Source: Stegostoma tigrinum (lineage: Eukaryota). From it: 64,000 bases of DNA. Of the stretch, positions 60,560-64,000 are shown one piece after another; within the stretch, counting starts at the first letter, position 1; each line of letters opens with the position of its first letter. Under the pieces are notes generated by a model, which searched no databases, was not told the origin of the DNA, and saw nothing but the letters and a program-made list of their open reading frames with translations. Both the position numbers and the translations under genes were made by a program. The stretch is from positions 72,167,817-72,231,816 of the forward strand of contig NC_081358.1 in assembly GCF_030684315.1 (NCBI RefSeq). Direction: 5' to 3'.

Positions 60560-63500
60560 CCTGGAGCAGTATTTTTTTAGAGCAGACTGTGCTATTTTCT
60601 GGGTCTGTAAACAGTGAAGGTGCCAAAATAGCCTTTAGTGCAGTGATGTACTCTTTCTGTTGGGTGTGGGAGGTTATGGAGATTTTCCATGTTACTGATG
60701 ATTATGTCTGCAGGAAGTGTATTTGGTTACAAATTCACTTGGATCATATGGATCGGCTGAAGCGGCAGTTAAAGGCAATGAGGAATTTGTAGAAGCTGGG
60801 GAGTGTGATGAATAGCAGTTGTAGCAAGGGAGAAAAGCCACACATATAGGCAGGTAGATGCATTACCTCCAGAAAAGGTAGAAGAGGGAGGCAGATAGTG
60901 CAGGAGTCGCCTGTGGCTATCCCCATCACAAACAAGTGTGCTGCTTTGGAAACTGCAGGAGGTAATGGACTGTCGGGAATGTAGCATGGACAGCCAGGTA
61001 TACGGTATGAGACTGGCGGGAATGTAACAAGAGGTACATTAGTTTCCAAGCAATCGATTGTGATAGGGGACTCATGAGTCAGAGGCAAAGAAAGACGTTT
61101 CTGCGACCGACAGCCAAAAATCAGAATGGTATCTTGCCTCCCCAGTGACAGGATAAAAGGATATCTCATAGAAGGTGCAGAATATTCGTAAAGGGGAGAG
61201 GGACCAGCATGAGGTCATTGTACGCATTGGAACTAATGACATAGGTAGACAAAAGGATGAGATTCTGAGGAAAGAGTATAGGAAGTTGGCAAGAAGTTAA
61301 AAAGGAGGTCCTTGAGGGTACTATTACCTGGATTACTCCCTGTGCCACGAGCCAATGAGGGTAGGAATGGGAGGGTAGAGCAGATGAATGAATGTCTGAG
61401 GAGCTTGTGCAGGGGAAAGGGATTCACATTTTTGGATAATTGAAATCTTTTCTGGAGTAGAAGTGACCTGTGTTAGGGATAACATTATGCCTGCACTTAA
61501 CAAGGGTATCCCTGGGAATACCAAAGTTATTTATGCGAAACAGAGAAATAAGGAAGAGATGTTCACCTTACTGGGATCGTACTATTGACCCCCAATAGTC
61601 AGCGAGAAATTGAGAAACAAATTTATATGGAGACCTCAGTTATCTGTAAGAATAATAGGGTGGTTATGGTAGTGGATTTTAACTTTCCAAACATATTCAG
61701 GGACTGCCATAGTGTTAAGGGCTTGGATGGACAGTAATTTGTTAAGTGTGTGTAAGAAAATTTTCAAATTCAAATGTGCATGTACCTACCAGAGAAGGTG
61801 CAAAACCTGACCTACTGTTGAGAAATGAAACCGGGCAGGTGACTGAGGTGTCAGTGGGGGAGCACTTTGAGGCCAGCGACCATAGTTCTGTTAGTTTTAA
61901 AATAGGGATGGAAAAGGATAGACTGGATCTACAAGTTAAAGCTCTTAATTGGAGAAAAACCAATTTTGATGATATTAAGCAAGAACTTTGAAAAGTCGGT
62001 CGGGGGCGGCTGTTCGCAGGTAAAGGGATGGCTGGAAGATGCAAAACCTTCAAAATGAAATAGTCAGAGTCCAGAGACAGTATGTACCTGTTAGGGTGAA
62101 GGGCAATGCTGGTAGGTGTAGAGAATGCTGAATGTGTAGAGAAATTGAGGTTTTGGTCAAGAATAAGAAGGAAGCATATGTCAGCTCTCGACAGCAGAAG
62201 TCGAGTGAATCCTTAGAAGACAATAAAGGCAGTAGGAGAGTGGTTGAGAGGGAAATCGGGAAGGCAAAAAGGGAATATAAGACAGCCTTGGCAAATGGGG
62301 TTAACAGGAATTGGAAAAGATTTTACAAATACGTTAAGGGAAAGGGGGTAACTAGAAAGAGAATGGGGCCCCTTAAAGATCAGCAGGGCCCCCTATGTGT
62401 GGAACCGCAGGAGACAGGGAGATACTAAACAAATATTTTGCATCAGTGTTTATTGTGGAGATGGATATGGAAGATATAGGATTTGGGGAAATAGATAGCA
62501 GCACCTTGAAAGATGTCCGTATTACAGAGGAGGGGGTGCTGTGAGTTTTAAAATGCATAAAGTTGGATCAATCCCCAGGATCAGGTGTACCCTAAAACTC
62601 TGTGGGAAGCTGTGATTGCTGGGTTCCGTGCTGAGATATTTGTATAATTGACAGCCACAGGTGAGGTGGTGGAAGACTGGAGGTTGGCCAGCCTGACACC
62701 ACTGTTTAAGAAACGTGGTAAGGAAAAGCGAGGGAACTGCAGAGCAGTGAGACTCACATCGGTGGTGGGCAAGTTGTTGGAGGGAATCCAAATGGACAAT
62801 ATTTACATGTATTTGGAAAGACAAGGACTAATTAGGGATAGTCAATATGGCTTTGTGTGTGGGAAGTCATGTCTCACTAACTTGATTAAGTTTTTTAAAG
62901 AAGTAACAATTAGAATTGATGAGGACAGAGTGGTGGACATGTAAGGCGTTCAACAAGGTTCCTCACGGTAGACTGGTTAGCAAAGTTGGAGCATGTGCAG
63001 TACAGGAAGAACTAGCCATTTGGATACAGAACTGGCTTGAAGCTAGAGGACAGAGGGTAGTGTTGGAGGGTTTGCTTTTCAGACTGGAGACCTGAGACCA
63101 GGGGTGTGCCACAGGGATTGGTGCTGGGTCCACTGCTTTTCAACATTTGTATAAATGATTTAGATGTGAGTATGAGGAGGTATGGTTAGTAAGTTTACAG
63201 ATGAGACCAAAATTGAAGGTGTAGTGGATAGTGAAGAAGGTTACCTCAGAGTACAATGGAAACTTGATCGGATGGGCCCATGGCCAAGGAGTGCTAGATG
63301 GAGTTTAATTTAGATTAATGTGTGGTGTTGCGTTTTGGAAAGGTAAATCAGGACAGGACTTAAACACTTAATGGCAAGGTTCTGGGGAGTGTTGTAGAGT
63401 CAAGCGACACCAGCGTGCAGGTTCATTGTTCCTTAAACATGCAGTCGCTGGTAGATAGGATAAATAAGAATGCATTTGGTGTTCTTGTTTTTATTGAACA

Positions 63501-64000
63501 GTGCATTGAGTATAGGTGATGGGAGGTCATGTGTGGCTGTACAAGACATTGGTTGGGCCACTTTGGAATATAGTGTGCAATTCTGGTCACTCTGCTGTAG
63601 GAAGGATTTTGTAAAACCTGAAAAGGTCAGGAAAGCTTTGCAAGGATGTTGCCAGGGTTGGAGGGTTTGACCTGAAGGTAGAGGCTGAAGGTAGGGGCTA
63701 TTTTCACAGATGTGGAAGTAGAGGGGTGACCTTATTGAAGTTTATAAAATCATGATATGCATTGTGGGGAGTCCAAAACTAGAGGGTATAGGTTTAAAGT
63801 GAGAGGGGAAATATTTCAAAAGGGACCTTAGGAGTAGTGTTTTCACACAGAGGGTGGTGCATGTATGAAATGAGCTGCCAGAGGTGGAGGCTGGTAAAAG
63901 TATAACATTTAAAGGGCACCTAGATGGTTATATAAACAGGAACGGTTCAGAAGGATGTGGACCAAATTCTGGCAAATGAGACTAGATTTATTTGGGATAC
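60560..64000 (+). mobile_element. Near full-length decayed CR1: ORF1 (Cys-rich plus SGNH esterase), ORF2 (APE plus RT), 3' UTR
   Basis: DDYVCRKCIWLQ, IVIGDS, RIGTND; PTREGAKPDLLL..ASDHSSV; VEDWRLASLTPLFKK..CLTNLIKFF; internal deletion near 61475. Confidence 0.88.

Overview
Vertebrate genomic DNA. The repeat content (CR1/L2, V-SINE, Deu-SINE, Penelope, Tx1, RTE) suggests a cartilaginous fish such as a shark; this is an inference. The window covers the conserved UBE2V2-MCM4-PRKDC neighbourhood. MCM4 is complete on the minus strand: 16 coding exons, 18513-29565, 2592 nt = 863 aa plus stop, all GT-AG, with a non-coding first exon ending at 33252. It lies head-to-head with PRKDC, whose first 9 coding exons are on the plus strand (33610-59382); the gene continues past the window. 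A CpG-rich promoter near 11.5-11.9 kb is probably the start of UBE2V2 (minus strand). Introns and intergenic DNA are filled with decayed, often nested retroelements, and most ORFs in the supplied track are fragments of these or spurious. Two signals stand out. (1) A rearranged Tx1-type retrotransposon in PRKDC intron 3 carries a fused U2-snRNA/U1-snRNA-derived segment in its 5' leader. (2) Penelope-derived fold-back insertions carry minimal hammerhead-ribozyme motifs, and two of them are centred exactly on the predicted cleavage site. Exon coordinates were read by hand from splice sites; repeat boundaries are approximate; comparisons with human genes and snRNAs are from memory, not database searches.
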